Shown: positions 1-7,871 of the stretch, one piece after another
Layout of the letters: each line of letters opens with the position of its first letter
Numbering within the stretch: position 1 is the stretch's first letter
DNA from: Polyangiaceae bacterium
Lineage (GTDB): Bacteria > Myxococcota_A > Polyangia > Polyangiales > Polyangiaceae
Direction: 5' to 3'
Assembly (NCBI GenBank): GCA_033763455.1
Contig: JANRKO010000023.1
Coordinates: 96,001-160,000, forward strand
DNA length: 64,000 nt
Notes under the pieces: generated by a model
What the model was told of the DNA's origin: nothing
Databases searched by the model: none
Seen by the model: only the letters and a program-made list of their open reading frames with translations
Translations under genes and position numbers: made by a program

Positions 1-28
1 TCGCGTGCGTATCCGCCACTAGATTCAT
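1..28 (-). CDS. PIN-domain (VapC-type) toxin, 5' end only; runs off the window
   Basis: ATG at 28-26 overlaps the antitoxin TGA (ATGA) and reads MNLVADTHA, the typical PIN start (hydrophobic strand + DTH). Too short for the ORF track. Confidence 0.7.
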
Positions 29-363
29 GGGCGCGGCTTAACCCGAGCGCGCCTGCTGAGCGGCTGAGGCTGCAAGATCTTCGATGCGCCTAAAACCTGC
101 TTCTCAGTTCTCTTCAACGACGATTCGAAAGCCTTACGAAGGTCGTCCTCACCTTGGCTAAGCGCGCTCGCAGCTTCGAACTCAACAAGCCCCACGAGCG
201 GCCGCCGAACGCGAGGGCTTTGTGAATCTGCAACAGCCACCAACGCAACCTCAGCGCGCCCCCGCCGCCCCATGTAGATCGGCCCCTTGCCAGAGGCCGC
301 CAGCTCGATCAGGTGCGGGAGCAGCCGCCGGGCCTCACCAACCGGGTAGGGCTTGCTAGACAT
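25..363 (-). CDS. Phd/YefM-family antitoxin
   Basis: N-terminus YPVGEARRLLPHLIELAASGKGPIYMGRRGRAEVALV matches the Phd/YefM pattern (EAR..L..LI......PI.I.RRG....LV). Coupled to a PIN start. ATG at 363 chosen over TTG at 369. Confidence 0.75.
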   Translation of the reverse strand: MSSKPYPVGEARRLLPHLIELAASGKGPIYMGRRGRAEVALVAVADSQSPRVRRPLVGLVEFEAASALSQGEDDLRKAFESSLKRTEKQVLGASKILQPQPLSRRARVKPRP

Positions 364-382
364 GTACAAGTTAGTAGTACAT
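362..382. promoter_or_regulatory. Putative toxin-antitoxin autorepression operator
   Basis: Inverted repeat ATGTAC-N9-GTACAT overlapping the antitoxin start. Contains TGTACA/AGTACA cores like YefM/Phd operators. Confidence 0.5.
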
Positions 383-439
383 TTCGGCTACTCAGGCAAG
401 CCACCCCGCTGTCCGGGAAAATTGTGTTATCCTCCCGAG

Positions 440-1111
440 ATGCACAGCAGGACGAGCGTCTTTGGCCGCGCCTCACTCGCAGGGCTGCTATTGGTCATCG
501 GGTGTTCGAGTGAAGGAGATGGAACCGGGCAAACACCCGCGTTGATGACCACTGGCGGGTCCAATAATACAGGGGGAAGTCCGAGCCCGAGCAACACAGG
601 TGGTCGGAGTGGCCAAACGGGTGGAGCGTCGTCCTCCGGAGGCACGCCAAGCTCCTCCTCACTAGAGCCGGCGCCGCTCACAGGTATCACCGCGGCACAC
701 AACAGGGTGCGCGCCGACGCCATACCGGCCCCTGGCACGCCTCTAGCACCGTTAACCTGGGACTCTTCAATTGCGGCCACCGCCCAACAATGGGCGGATG
801 GTTGCATGTTCAAGCATAGCCAGGGGAAATACGGCGAGAATATCTACGCAACAACGGGAAGCGCCAGCGGCCAGAAGGTTGTTGATTCGTGGGCGAGTGA
901 AAGCACCGATTATACCTACGCCAATAACTCCTGCGCGCCCCAAAAGGCATGCGGCCACTATACGCAAATAGTCTGGGCCAAGAGCCTGCGGCTGGGCTGC
1001 GCGGTGAAGCAGTGCAGCCAGAATTCGCCCTTCTCGAGTTCCGCCACTTGGGAATTCTGGGTCTGCAATTACGATCCTCCAGGGAATTATGTAGGGCAGA
1101 AGCCGTACTGA
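440..1111 (+). CDS. CAP/SCP (PR-1-like) domain lipoprotein
   Basis: Lipobox-like LVIGC, Gly/Ser/Thr linker, then HNRVRA, LTWD, YGENI, GHYTQIVW and VCNYDPPGN CAP motifs. ATG 440 preferred. Confidence 0.9.
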   Translation: MHSRTSVFGRASLAGLLLVIGCSSEGDGTGQTPALMTTGGSNNTGGSPSPSNTGGRSGQTGGASSSGGTPSSSSLEPAPLTGITAAHNRVRADAIPAPGTPLAPLTWDSSIAATAQQWADGCMFKHSQGKYGENIYATTGSASGQKVVDSWASESTDYTYANNSCAPQKACGHYTQIVWAKSLRLGCAVKQCSQNSPFSSSATWEFWVCNYDPPGNYVGQKPY

Positions 1112-1129
1112 ACTATCGGCGAGGCCTTT

Positions 1130-1148
1130 CTCAGCTCAGCTCAGCTCA
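1130..1148. repeat. Short tandem repeat (CTCAG)x3.8
   Basis: ctcagctcagctcagctca read directly in the intergenic region. Confidence 0.7.
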
Positions 1149-1155
1149 CCCCCAG

Positions 1156-1178
1156 GTTGTCTTGACAACTTGACAAGT
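1156..1178. promoter_or_regulatory. Putative GntR/HutC-type operator overlapping TTGACA -35 boxes
   Basis: GTTGTC-TT-GACAAC palindrome (1156-1169) and ACTTG-A-CAAGT (1168-1178). TTGACA at 1162 and 1170. Lies 25-50 bp upstream of the GntR gene. Confidence 0.6.
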
Positions 1179-1203
1179 TTGGCCCAGGCTAGGTGCACCT
1201 CCG

Positions 1204-1929
1204 ATGCTGAACCCAGGCTCCCCCGTGCCCCTCTATCGGCAGCTCTCGGATCTTCTTGCAGCGGACATTCGTACGGGGCGTTACCAGAGTGGGGAACGGT
1301 TGCCGTCGGAGCCGGCCCTCTGCCGTGCCTTCAATGTAGGTCGCCCTACGGTGCGACAAGCAACAGAAACGCTTGTGCAGAAGAAGTTGATCGAACGGCG
1401 TCGTGGTTCAGGCACATTTGTTCTGGCTCGGCCGCCGGAAGTGGATGTGTTTTCGGCCTTCGGTACTGTGGCGGCGTTCAAGGCTCAAGGGTTGGAGCTC
1501 AAGGTGAAAGTGGTGGAGTCGCTCAGGCGCCGGCGCTTTGCCGAAGCGGTAGAGAGCCCGCTCGCTGGAAAGCAGGTTTTCCAATTTTCACGCGTAGGGC
1601 ACCTGAAGCAGGAGCCCGTATTGCTGGAGCGCTTCTTTCTTTCGGCCGAGGTGTTCGCAGGGATCGAAGGAGTGGATCTTGAGCAGGCTTCGCTTTCGGA
1701 AGTCGTGAAGGAGCGCTTATTTTTAACTCCACTGGGCGGAAGGCAAAGCTTCACTGTGAAGGCGCTGGGAGAAAAATGGGGGCATTTTCTGGGCATTTCA
1801 GCGCGCACACAGCTGCTTTTGATCCAGCGTAGCCTCGATTTTCGCGGATCCCCTGGGGCCCTTTTCTCGGAGCTCTATTGCCGTTCAGATCGCGTCACGT
1901 TTTCTCAAACCATCCAGGCCAGCCAATGA
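1204..1929 (+). CDS. GntR-family (HutC subfamily, UTRA domain) transcriptional regulator
   Basis: PLYRQL..RLPSEPAL...FNVGRPTVRQA...LIERRRGSGTFV winged HTH plus C-terminal UTRA-like domain. Confidence 0.93.
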   Translation: MLNPGSPVPLYRQLSDLLAADIRTGRYQSGERLPSEPALCRAFNVGRPTVRQATETLVQKKLIERRRGSGTFVLARPPEVDVFSAFGTVAAFKAQGLELKVKVVESLRRRRFAEAVESPLAGKQVFQFSRVGHLKQEPVLLERFFLSAEVFAGIEGVDLEQASLSEVVKERLFLTPLGGRQSFTVKALGEKWGHFLGISARTQLLLIQRSLDFRGSPGALFSELYCRSDRVTFSQTIQASQ

Positions 1930-1999
1930 ATCACGCGTATAGAATCGGAATATTGACGCAGGGCAACCCAGAGCTGTGCCCTGAAGAAGGAGCAAGCTC

Positions 2000-3229
2000 G
2001 TGAAATCTCGCGGTTACTATTCCGAATTCGGTGGAGCTTTCATCCCGGAAATCTTGGTGGCTACCTTTGAAGAGCTCATTTTAGAGTTTGAAAAGGCCAA
2101 AGCGGATCCCAGCTTTTGGGCAGAATACCAAGCGTTGATGTCGAGCTACTCCTGCCGGCCAACGCCTATAACGTTCGCCGAGAATCTGACCCGGCATTTT
2201 GGTGGCGCGCAGATTTACATCAAACGGGAAGATCTGAATCACACCGGCGCCCACAAAGCGAATAACGTGATGGGGCAAGGCCTTTTGGTGAAAAGGATGG
2301 GGAAAACGCGCGTCATTGCGGAGACGGGCGCCGGCCAGCATGGCGTGGCCACTGCAACCATGGCGGCCAAGCTCGGGTTTGATTGCACGATTTACATGGG
2401 CGAAGTGGATGTGGAGCGGCAGCGCCCGAATGTCTTTTGGATGGAGCGGCTGGGGGCCCAGGTGGTGCCGGTGAAGGAGGGCTCGCGCACGCTCAAAGAT
2501 GCCATCAATGAAGCGTTCCGCGATTGGGTAAGCAATATGGATTCCACACACTACGTGCTTGGCACGGCGTGTGGCCCGCATCCTTTCCCGGAGATGGTTA
2601 CGTACTTTCAGTCCATCATTGGGAAGGAAGCCCGCGCTCAGATCCTAGAACGTACGGGAAAGCTTCCACGGCGCGTGTATGCGTGCGTCGGTGGTGGTTC
2701 GAACGCGATGGGGATCTTCAGCGGATTCATGGACGATGCAGCCGTTGAGCTTGTGGGCGTGGAAGCAGGCGGAGAAGGGGTAGCCACTGGCAAACACGCC
2801 GCACGCCTCGCGAGCAAGGACGCGAGCGTGGGCGTGGCTCAGGGTTACAAAACCTATTTTTTGCAGAATTCTGACGGTCAAATGAACGAAACGCACAGTG
2901 TGGCGGCAGGCTTAGATTACGTTGGCGTCTCCCCCATCCTTTCGCACCTCCACACCGCGGGGCGCGTTCGTTTTGAAGCTGCTACTGATGCAGAAGTGGT
3001 GGAAGCTTTAAAGCTCACGATCCGACGCGAAGGGCTCATTCCAGCGCTCGAGTCCTCCCACGCCTTTGCGCAGGCCTTCAAAGAAGCCGGCAGGCTGGCG
3101 CCAACAGATGTGGTGCTCATCAACCAATCCGGGCGGGGCGATAAGGACATATTTACGATTGCCGATGCATTCAAAGATCCCAAATGGGAAGAATTTATCA
3201 TTCAGAAAGCGGAGCGTTACCGTGCTTGA
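2000..3229 (+). CDS. trpB: Tryptophan synthase beta chain
   Basis: KREDLNHTGAHK (PLP Lys), AETGAGQHG, CVGGGSNAMG, PALESSHA, SGRGDKD. AGGAG RBS upstream. Confidence 0.97.
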   Translation: MKSRGYYSEFGGAFIPEILVATFEELILEFEKAKADPSFWAEYQALMSSYSCRPTPITFAENLTRHFGGAQIYIKREDLNHTGAHKANNVMGQGLLVKRMGKTRVIAETGAGQHGVATATMAAKLGFDCTIYMGEVDVERQRPNVFWMERLGAQVVPVKEGSRTLKDAINEAFRDWVSNMDSTHYVLGTACGPHPFPEMVTYFQSIIGKEARAQILERTGKLPRRVYACVGGGSNAMGIFSGFMDDAAVELVGVEAGGEGVATGKHAARLASKDASVGVAQGYKTYFLQNSDGQMNETHSVAAGLDYVGVSPILSHLHTAGRVRFEAATDAEVVEALKLTIRREGLIPALESSHAFAQAFKEAGRLAPTDVVLINQSGRGDKDIFTIADAFKDPKWEEFIIQKAERYRA

Positions 3230-3983
3230 GGCCTACATTCGCGAACAGCAAGAGAAAAAGGGCATCTTGCTTATGACCCATATTGTTATGGGTTACCCGA
3301 GCTTTGACGAGAGCCTGCGCTTGGTGGAAGCGATGGTAAGCTCGGGTGTAGAATTGATGGAGCTACAGATCCCATTTTCCGAGCCGATGGCAGACGGCCC
3401 GGTTATTTTGCATGCCAATCAACAAGCGCTAGAGCGGGGTGCCACAGTGCAAAAGTGCTTAGAATTTGCTGAAATGGTGAGCCGCCGCTTCGACATACCA
3501 TTCTTGTTCATGAGTTATTACAACGTGCTCTTCAAGTTCGGCGTGGCCGAATTTGCGAATCGCATGAAATCAATTGGAGTGAAGGGCGCCATCGTTCCGG
3601 ATTTGCCCCCGGAGGAAGCTGAGCTCTATCTCCAAGCTATGGCCGAGCATGAGCTTTGCCCCATCTTCATCTTTTCACCGAACACGCCGAACGAGCGGCT
3701 CCAGATGCTCTCAAAACATGGGTCGGGCTTCGTGTACGCCGTGGCGCGCAAAGGCGTTACGGGGAGTGAGACGACTTTTTCGAACGATCTCGATCTGTAT
3801 CTTGAGCGCTGCCGCGCAGCTACTTCATTGCCTCTCGCGGTAGGTTTTGGCGTCCAATCCAAAGCGGACGTGGATTTCTTGCGCGGCAAGGCTGACATCG
3901 CGGTGATTGGCAGCCAAACGTTGAGGTTGGTAGATCGCGAGGGCGTGGCGGCCGTACCCGCGTTTATCAAGAGCCTCAGGTGA
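3222..3983 (+). CDS. trpA: Tryptophan synthase alpha chain
   Basis: ELQIPFSEPMADGPVI, IVPDLPPEE, GVTG, AVGFGV. GTG at 3222 overlaps the trpB end. Confidence 0.95.
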   Translation: MLEAYIREQQEKKGILLMTHIVMGYPSFDESLRLVEAMVSSGVELMELQIPFSEPMADGPVILHANQQALERGATVQKCLEFAEMVSRRFDIPFLFMSYYNVLFKFGVAEFANRMKSIGVKGAIVPDLPPEEAELYLQAMAEHELCPIFIFSPNTPNERLQMLSKHGSGFVYAVARKGVTGSETTFSNDLDLYLERCRAATSLPLAVGFGVQSKADVDFLRGKADIAVIGSQTLRLVDREGVAAVPAFIKSLR

Positions 3984-3994
3984 GCCTCGTTCTC

Positions 3995-5173
3995 CTACTT
4001 CCGACGCAACACGAAGCAGTGCATGGCCACCTCGGCAATCCAGCTATTTTCAGGCGACGCATCGAGATTTGGGCCCGCGTACCAGAGCTCACCCGGGAGC
4101 TCTTTCGGCTCGACTTCGGTTTGAAGCGCCTGACCCAACCAAACGCCATGGTAGCCCAATCCGCGCGGCACGTTCAGCGGACGGGGTTCTGCATGCCGAG
4201 CCCGCACGACGTCATCGAACAATAACTCGAAGCTCCCGGAATCTGAAAACGACTGGCGCACACGCGCGCGGAAGTGCTCGAGCGAACTTACAGGACGAGC
4301 TTCGAACGGCAATTTAGCCGCACTCCCTGCCTGGGCAGAGGCCACATACAGAGCGAACAGCGTTTTGCAGAGCTCAAACTGCGCACGGACGTCGAGCGTT
4401 AGTTGGACAAACGCCGTGGCTGCCCGCCGTGGATCAAAATTTCCGGGATCACTCTCGCGGAGTAGTGCTTCCAAAGCGCTAGCCTGAGGATGCCCAGTCC
4501 TCCGGAGCAAGTCGCACAGCGGCAAGAGCTGCGCGCGCGGAGACACCACGAGATCGAGCAGCGGAAAGCCCTTTATTGAGGCCATCCCCCCAACTCCAAG
4601 CGACGACCGAGATGCTCCCGGGATCGCCGAATTACCGCCCAAATCTACGAACTTGGGGAGCACCACAAGCCCTTCGGCCACGGCAGAAGCCATAATCGGT
4701 TCAACACTCGTCGCCATGTCCAACCAGTGAAGTACGAGCCCACCCGGCTCAAGAACACGAGCGAGCTCCGCCACGGCGCGTGAAAGCGTCAGTACATCCA
4801 ACACACAAAGCGCCATCACCGCGGAAAATTCGGCGGCCTCGGCCTTGAGGTGATGTACGTCGAGCTGGCGGACTTGGGCCTCGCCAAACCTACGGCGCAA
4901 CCCCTGCACAAACGCGGTCGAGGATTCACTTAACACCACGCGTTCCCGCAAGGTGTGCGGTAGCCAGCGGTGGAGCTGCCCATCGCCGCTGCCAATTTCC
5001 AACCAGGCCTTCTGCCCGTTTGGCATGAAGCGCTCAAAGCTCGCCGCCACGAGGGCCGCACTCAACTCATGAACGCCTTGCCGCTGCGCTCCGAGTGTGG
5101 AAAGCGCTTGAAGCTTTTGGTGCTGTTGCTGCTTGAGCTTCTTCTTGGAGCTTTGGGTCACGCAGAAAAGCAA
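3995..5173 (-). CDS. Class I SAM-dependent methyltransferase with long uncharacterised C-terminal region
   Basis: WLEIGSGDG motif I and ELARVLEPGG motif. Start may be GTG at 5161. Confidence 0.75.
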   Translation of the reverse strand: MLFCVTQSSKKKLKQQQHQKLQALSTLGAQRQGVHELSAALVAASFERFMPNGQKAWLEIGSGDGQLHRWLPHTLRERVVLSESSTAFVQGLRRRFGEAQVRQLDVHHLKAEAAEFSAVMALCVLDVLTLSRAVAELARVLEPGGLVLHWLDMATSVEPIMASAVAEGLVVLPKFVDLGGNSAIPGASRSSLGVGGMASIKGFPLLDLVVSPRAQLLPLCDLLRRTGHPQASALEALLRESDPGNFDPRRAATAFVQLTLDVRAQFELCKTLFALYVASAQAGSAAKLPFEARPVSSLEHFRARVRQSFSDSGSFELLFDDVVRARHAEPRPLNVPRGLGYHGVWLGQALQTEVEPKELPGELWYAGPNLDASPENSWIAEVAMHCFVLRRK

Positions 5174-5203
5174 CTCCGCTAGGGACGGCAGAGCCTACTT
5201 CGA

Positions 5204-5503
5204 CTAACCCTCCAAGTCTGCCTTCAGTGTCGTCAGATCTTCGAGGAGCTGCAAAAGCTCAGCTTCCAGCCCGCGATTTCCGATCTTGGTGAGCACCTTG
5301 GCCACCTCATCCCGCCTGAGCTGCCTCACCGGAGAATTGGCGCGGCGAAGGCAACGGGCCGAAAGCACCGGGATCCGGAACACCAGATCCGCGATCAGGT
5401 TGCTTGGAGCGTACGGATCATTGAGGGCCGAGAGCAATTCGTGAATCGTTGGCAGATCATTTAAATTATCTCGGCCAACCTCGCACTCTTTGACCTGCGA
5501 CAT
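5204..5503 (-). CDS. Small protein resembling the N-terminal half of an HDOD domain
   Basis: LPT...LLSALNDP......IADLV...PVLSARCLRRANS matches the HDOD start. ATG 5503 chosen. Confidence 0.6.
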   Translation of the reverse strand: MSQVKECEVGRDNLNDLPTIHELLSALNDPYAPSNLIADLVFRIPVLSARCLRRANSPVRQLRRDEVAKVLTKIGNRGLEAELLQLLEDLTTLKADLEG

Positions 5504-5641
5504 TTTGGCAAGGCGACGAGGGGGAGGCGCGAACATTCTATGACACGTAACGGCCACTTGGGTGGATCTGAATAGGGGTGAATTGAAACACCGGCCGTGG
5601 TGACGGCCACCACACCGAGGAGTTGGGTTACCCACTCTCTC

Positions 5642-6427
5642 CTACCGCTTCAAGTCGCTTGGAAGATTCGGATGCTTCAACAGTAGCTGACGCAACTGCG
5701 GCTGCCTTTTGACTACCGGGTTTTGTATCAGTTTGGCTAAAAGCGCCGGTGGAGTTGCAGAAAAGCGCGCGAGGTTACCGATAAGGAGCGTAGATACGAT
5801 GCTCTTCGCGCACAGAATCTGCGTCATTCGGCCGTCAAAGGTGCACCCCACTAAGAAGAGCAACGCACGCCCCTCGGTGCGCAACACCAGATCCGCTCGT
5901 TCCTCGGGCTCGGCTTGGCTATATTTACGCCGAAGCTCATTGCGAATGGAGACGCGATTCCGCTCGGGTAGGTCGCGATCGATGCTAAGCTTGTAGACGT
6001 CACGTAACGCTTTTAACGTGACGAGCCGAGCGAGCACATCGCTCGCCAACTGAGGGTTTTGCAGCAAGCGCCGCTGCACTTCAGCGTCTGCGAGGAGCGA
6101 TCTTCGGCGTGAAAGGATCTCGAGGCCGCGCCCGTTGTGATGGTGCCGGGCGATCATGCGCGCGTGTGAAGGGCCGAACTCGGAGTTATCCAAGAGTGCC
6201 GCCGCGACCCGGGGCTCCTGATCGAAACACAAAGCTAAAAGGTCAGCTCCGCGGGAGCTCTGAGCAGCGTGCACCCGCGTGTCTATCGGCTCCCCCGCAA
6301 ACTTCAACTGATATAGCGTCAGGGCTTCGGCGTGGTCGGGCTCGGGCACCACGCTCACGACCCCTTCGGGCATCTCTTCGCCATCCCATGGCTCTACCCC
6401 AACAGGAAGGTCCTCTTCTTCGCCCAC
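5642..6427 (-). CDS. Hypothetical protein with leucine-rich helical (LRV/HEAT-like) repeats
   Basis: Repeated helical units ending in LLDN/LLQNP/LIQNP/LLKHP. Acidic N-terminus. Coherent 261-aa ORF. Confidence 0.7.
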   Translation of the reverse strand: MGEEEDLPVGVEPWDGEEMPEGVVSVVPEPDHAEALTLYQLKFAGEPIDTRVHAAQSSRGADLLALCFDQEPRVAAALLDNSEFGPSHARMIARHHHNGRGLEILSRRRSLLADAEVQRRLLQNPQLASDVLARLVTLKALRDVYKLSIDRDLPERNRVSIRNELRRKYSQAEPEERADLVLRTEGRALLFLVGCTFDGRMTQILCAKSIVSTLLIGNLARFSATPPALLAKLIQNPVVKRQPQLRQLLLKHPNLPSDLKR

Positions 6428-6464
6428 CTGCCAAGATTATCACGAGTCCTTAGGGGCGCGAGCC

Positions 6465-6893
6465 TCAGCCCGAATCAGGAGGTACTCGGCGCCCGCTCTT
6501 TTTGTCCCCTATGCGCTTCTTCTGGGCCAAACGGACTTCGTTCGAGCGCCGCGACGGCTTGGTGGGGCGGCGCCTCCGAGGCACCACCAGGCTGGACCGC
6601 ACAAGCTCCGCTAGCAGGCCCAAGGCGAGCTCCAGGTTGCGAGGCTGGCTGCGCGCGGACTGACAGACAATCCGCAGGCGTCCCTCGGCGTCCAGGCGTC
6701 CAGACGCCAATGCCTTCAGGCGCTGCTTCACCTCTTCGGATAGCACGCGGCTTCCGCGCAGATCAAAGCGCAGCTCCACCTTGGTGGCGACCTTGTTTAC
6801 ATTCTGCCCACCGGGGCCGCCTGCACGAACGGCAGACCAAGACAGCTCAGCCGCAGGTATAGTTAGCTTGTGATTGACAACTAGATCCTGCAC
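6465..6893 (-). CDS. arfB: Alternative ribosome-rescue peptidyl-tRNA hydrolase ArfB (YaeJ)
   Basis: GGPGGQNVNKV, RSQPRN and basic tail RRPTKPS..RLAQKK....KK..R. Confidence 0.95.
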   Translation of the reverse strand: MQDLVVNHKLTIPAAELSWSAVRAGGPGGQNVNKVATKVELRFDLRGSRVLSEEVKQRLKALASGRLDAEGRLRIVCQSARSQPRNLELALGLLAELVRSSLVVPRRRRPTKPSRRSNEVRLAQKKRIGDKKSGRRVPPDSG

Positions 6894-6935
6894 GAAGGCT
6901 ACCGATCAAGAAAAAAGAGCCCGTGCAAGGACTGG

Positions 6936-7643
6936 CTAGCGCCTGGACATGGAGAGAATTAGGCGCAGGACATAAAAGAACAGCATTGCGACGGATGCAA
7001 AGAGCTGGAGCGCCGCCGAAACGTGGCGATCCGTGGGGAAGTGATGCAGCACGTTCGAGGTGTCGTAGAGAATCGCAGCCCCTGCAAACCCAATCATCGC
7101 CACGCTGAAGAAAGTGCCCAATTGGAAGCCGAAAATGGCCCCGGCAATTATCAGAACCAACGCAAGCAACCCGCCCCAACGCAACATGCCACCAAGAAAC
7201 GAAAAGTCCTTACGGGTGGTAAACACAACAGCCGAAAGCCCAGCAAAACCCAAGATGGTGACAATACCTGCAGACTGAATCGCGCCGGGGGCGACGGAAT
7301 TTGCCATCAACAAGATAGGAAGGAAAATGACGGCCTCCGCGAACACAAACCCAGTCAAAGCGGCATACTGAGCCAACTTGGACTGGGCCGAAAAAGCCAC
7401 GCGGCTCGCAAGCCAGCTAACCAAGATGAAACCGCCCATCATCACCAAAGGGCCACCAGCGAGTAGGGCCTGAGCCACGGGAAGCGCGAGGCCGAGCTGG
7501 AAAAGCGCGAACTCGATCGCCGTAAACAGCAAGATTGCACCGAACAGGTGATTGTAGGTGCGCACAATAAACCTGGCGCGGTCGTCCACCGTGGCACGTG
7601 CTGCTGGTCTACTTACGCCTGCATATCCATAACTCTGGGCCAT
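6936..7643 (-). CDS. Bax inhibitor-1/YccA family membrane protein
   Basis: FIVRTYNHL, TRKDFSFLG, ILYDTSNV, AALQLF motifs and about 7 TM helices. ATG 7643 with AGGA upstream. Confidence 0.9.
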   Translation of the reverse strand: MAQSYGYAGVSRPAARATVDDRARFIVRTYNHLFGAILLFTAIEFALFQLGLALPVAQALLAGGPLVMMGGFILVSWLASRVAFSAQSKLAQYAALTGFVFAEAVIFLPILLMANSVAPGAIQSAGIVTILGFAGLSAVVFTTRKDFSFLGGMLRWGGLLALVLIIAGAIFGFQLGTFFSVAMIGFAGAAILYDTSNVLHHFPTDRHVSAALQLFASVAMLFFYVLRLILSMSRR

Positions 7644-7871
7644 TGCAAAGATCCTTAATCGAGGTTTTTTTACCGCAACGGCGCTCACCCTAACACACAT
7701 CGCTTCAACCGCACGGGAGGGGCGATCCGTCGCGCATTGAACGATTTGTACCGACACCTTCTCTCAGTCGGCCTCGGGGCTGATTAACCTGCGCAAAAAA
7801 CCTTATGCTTTCGGCGGTTTCCGTGCGCCAAATACTGCTGAAGACTACCGTCTGCCGGCCGTTGATCCACC

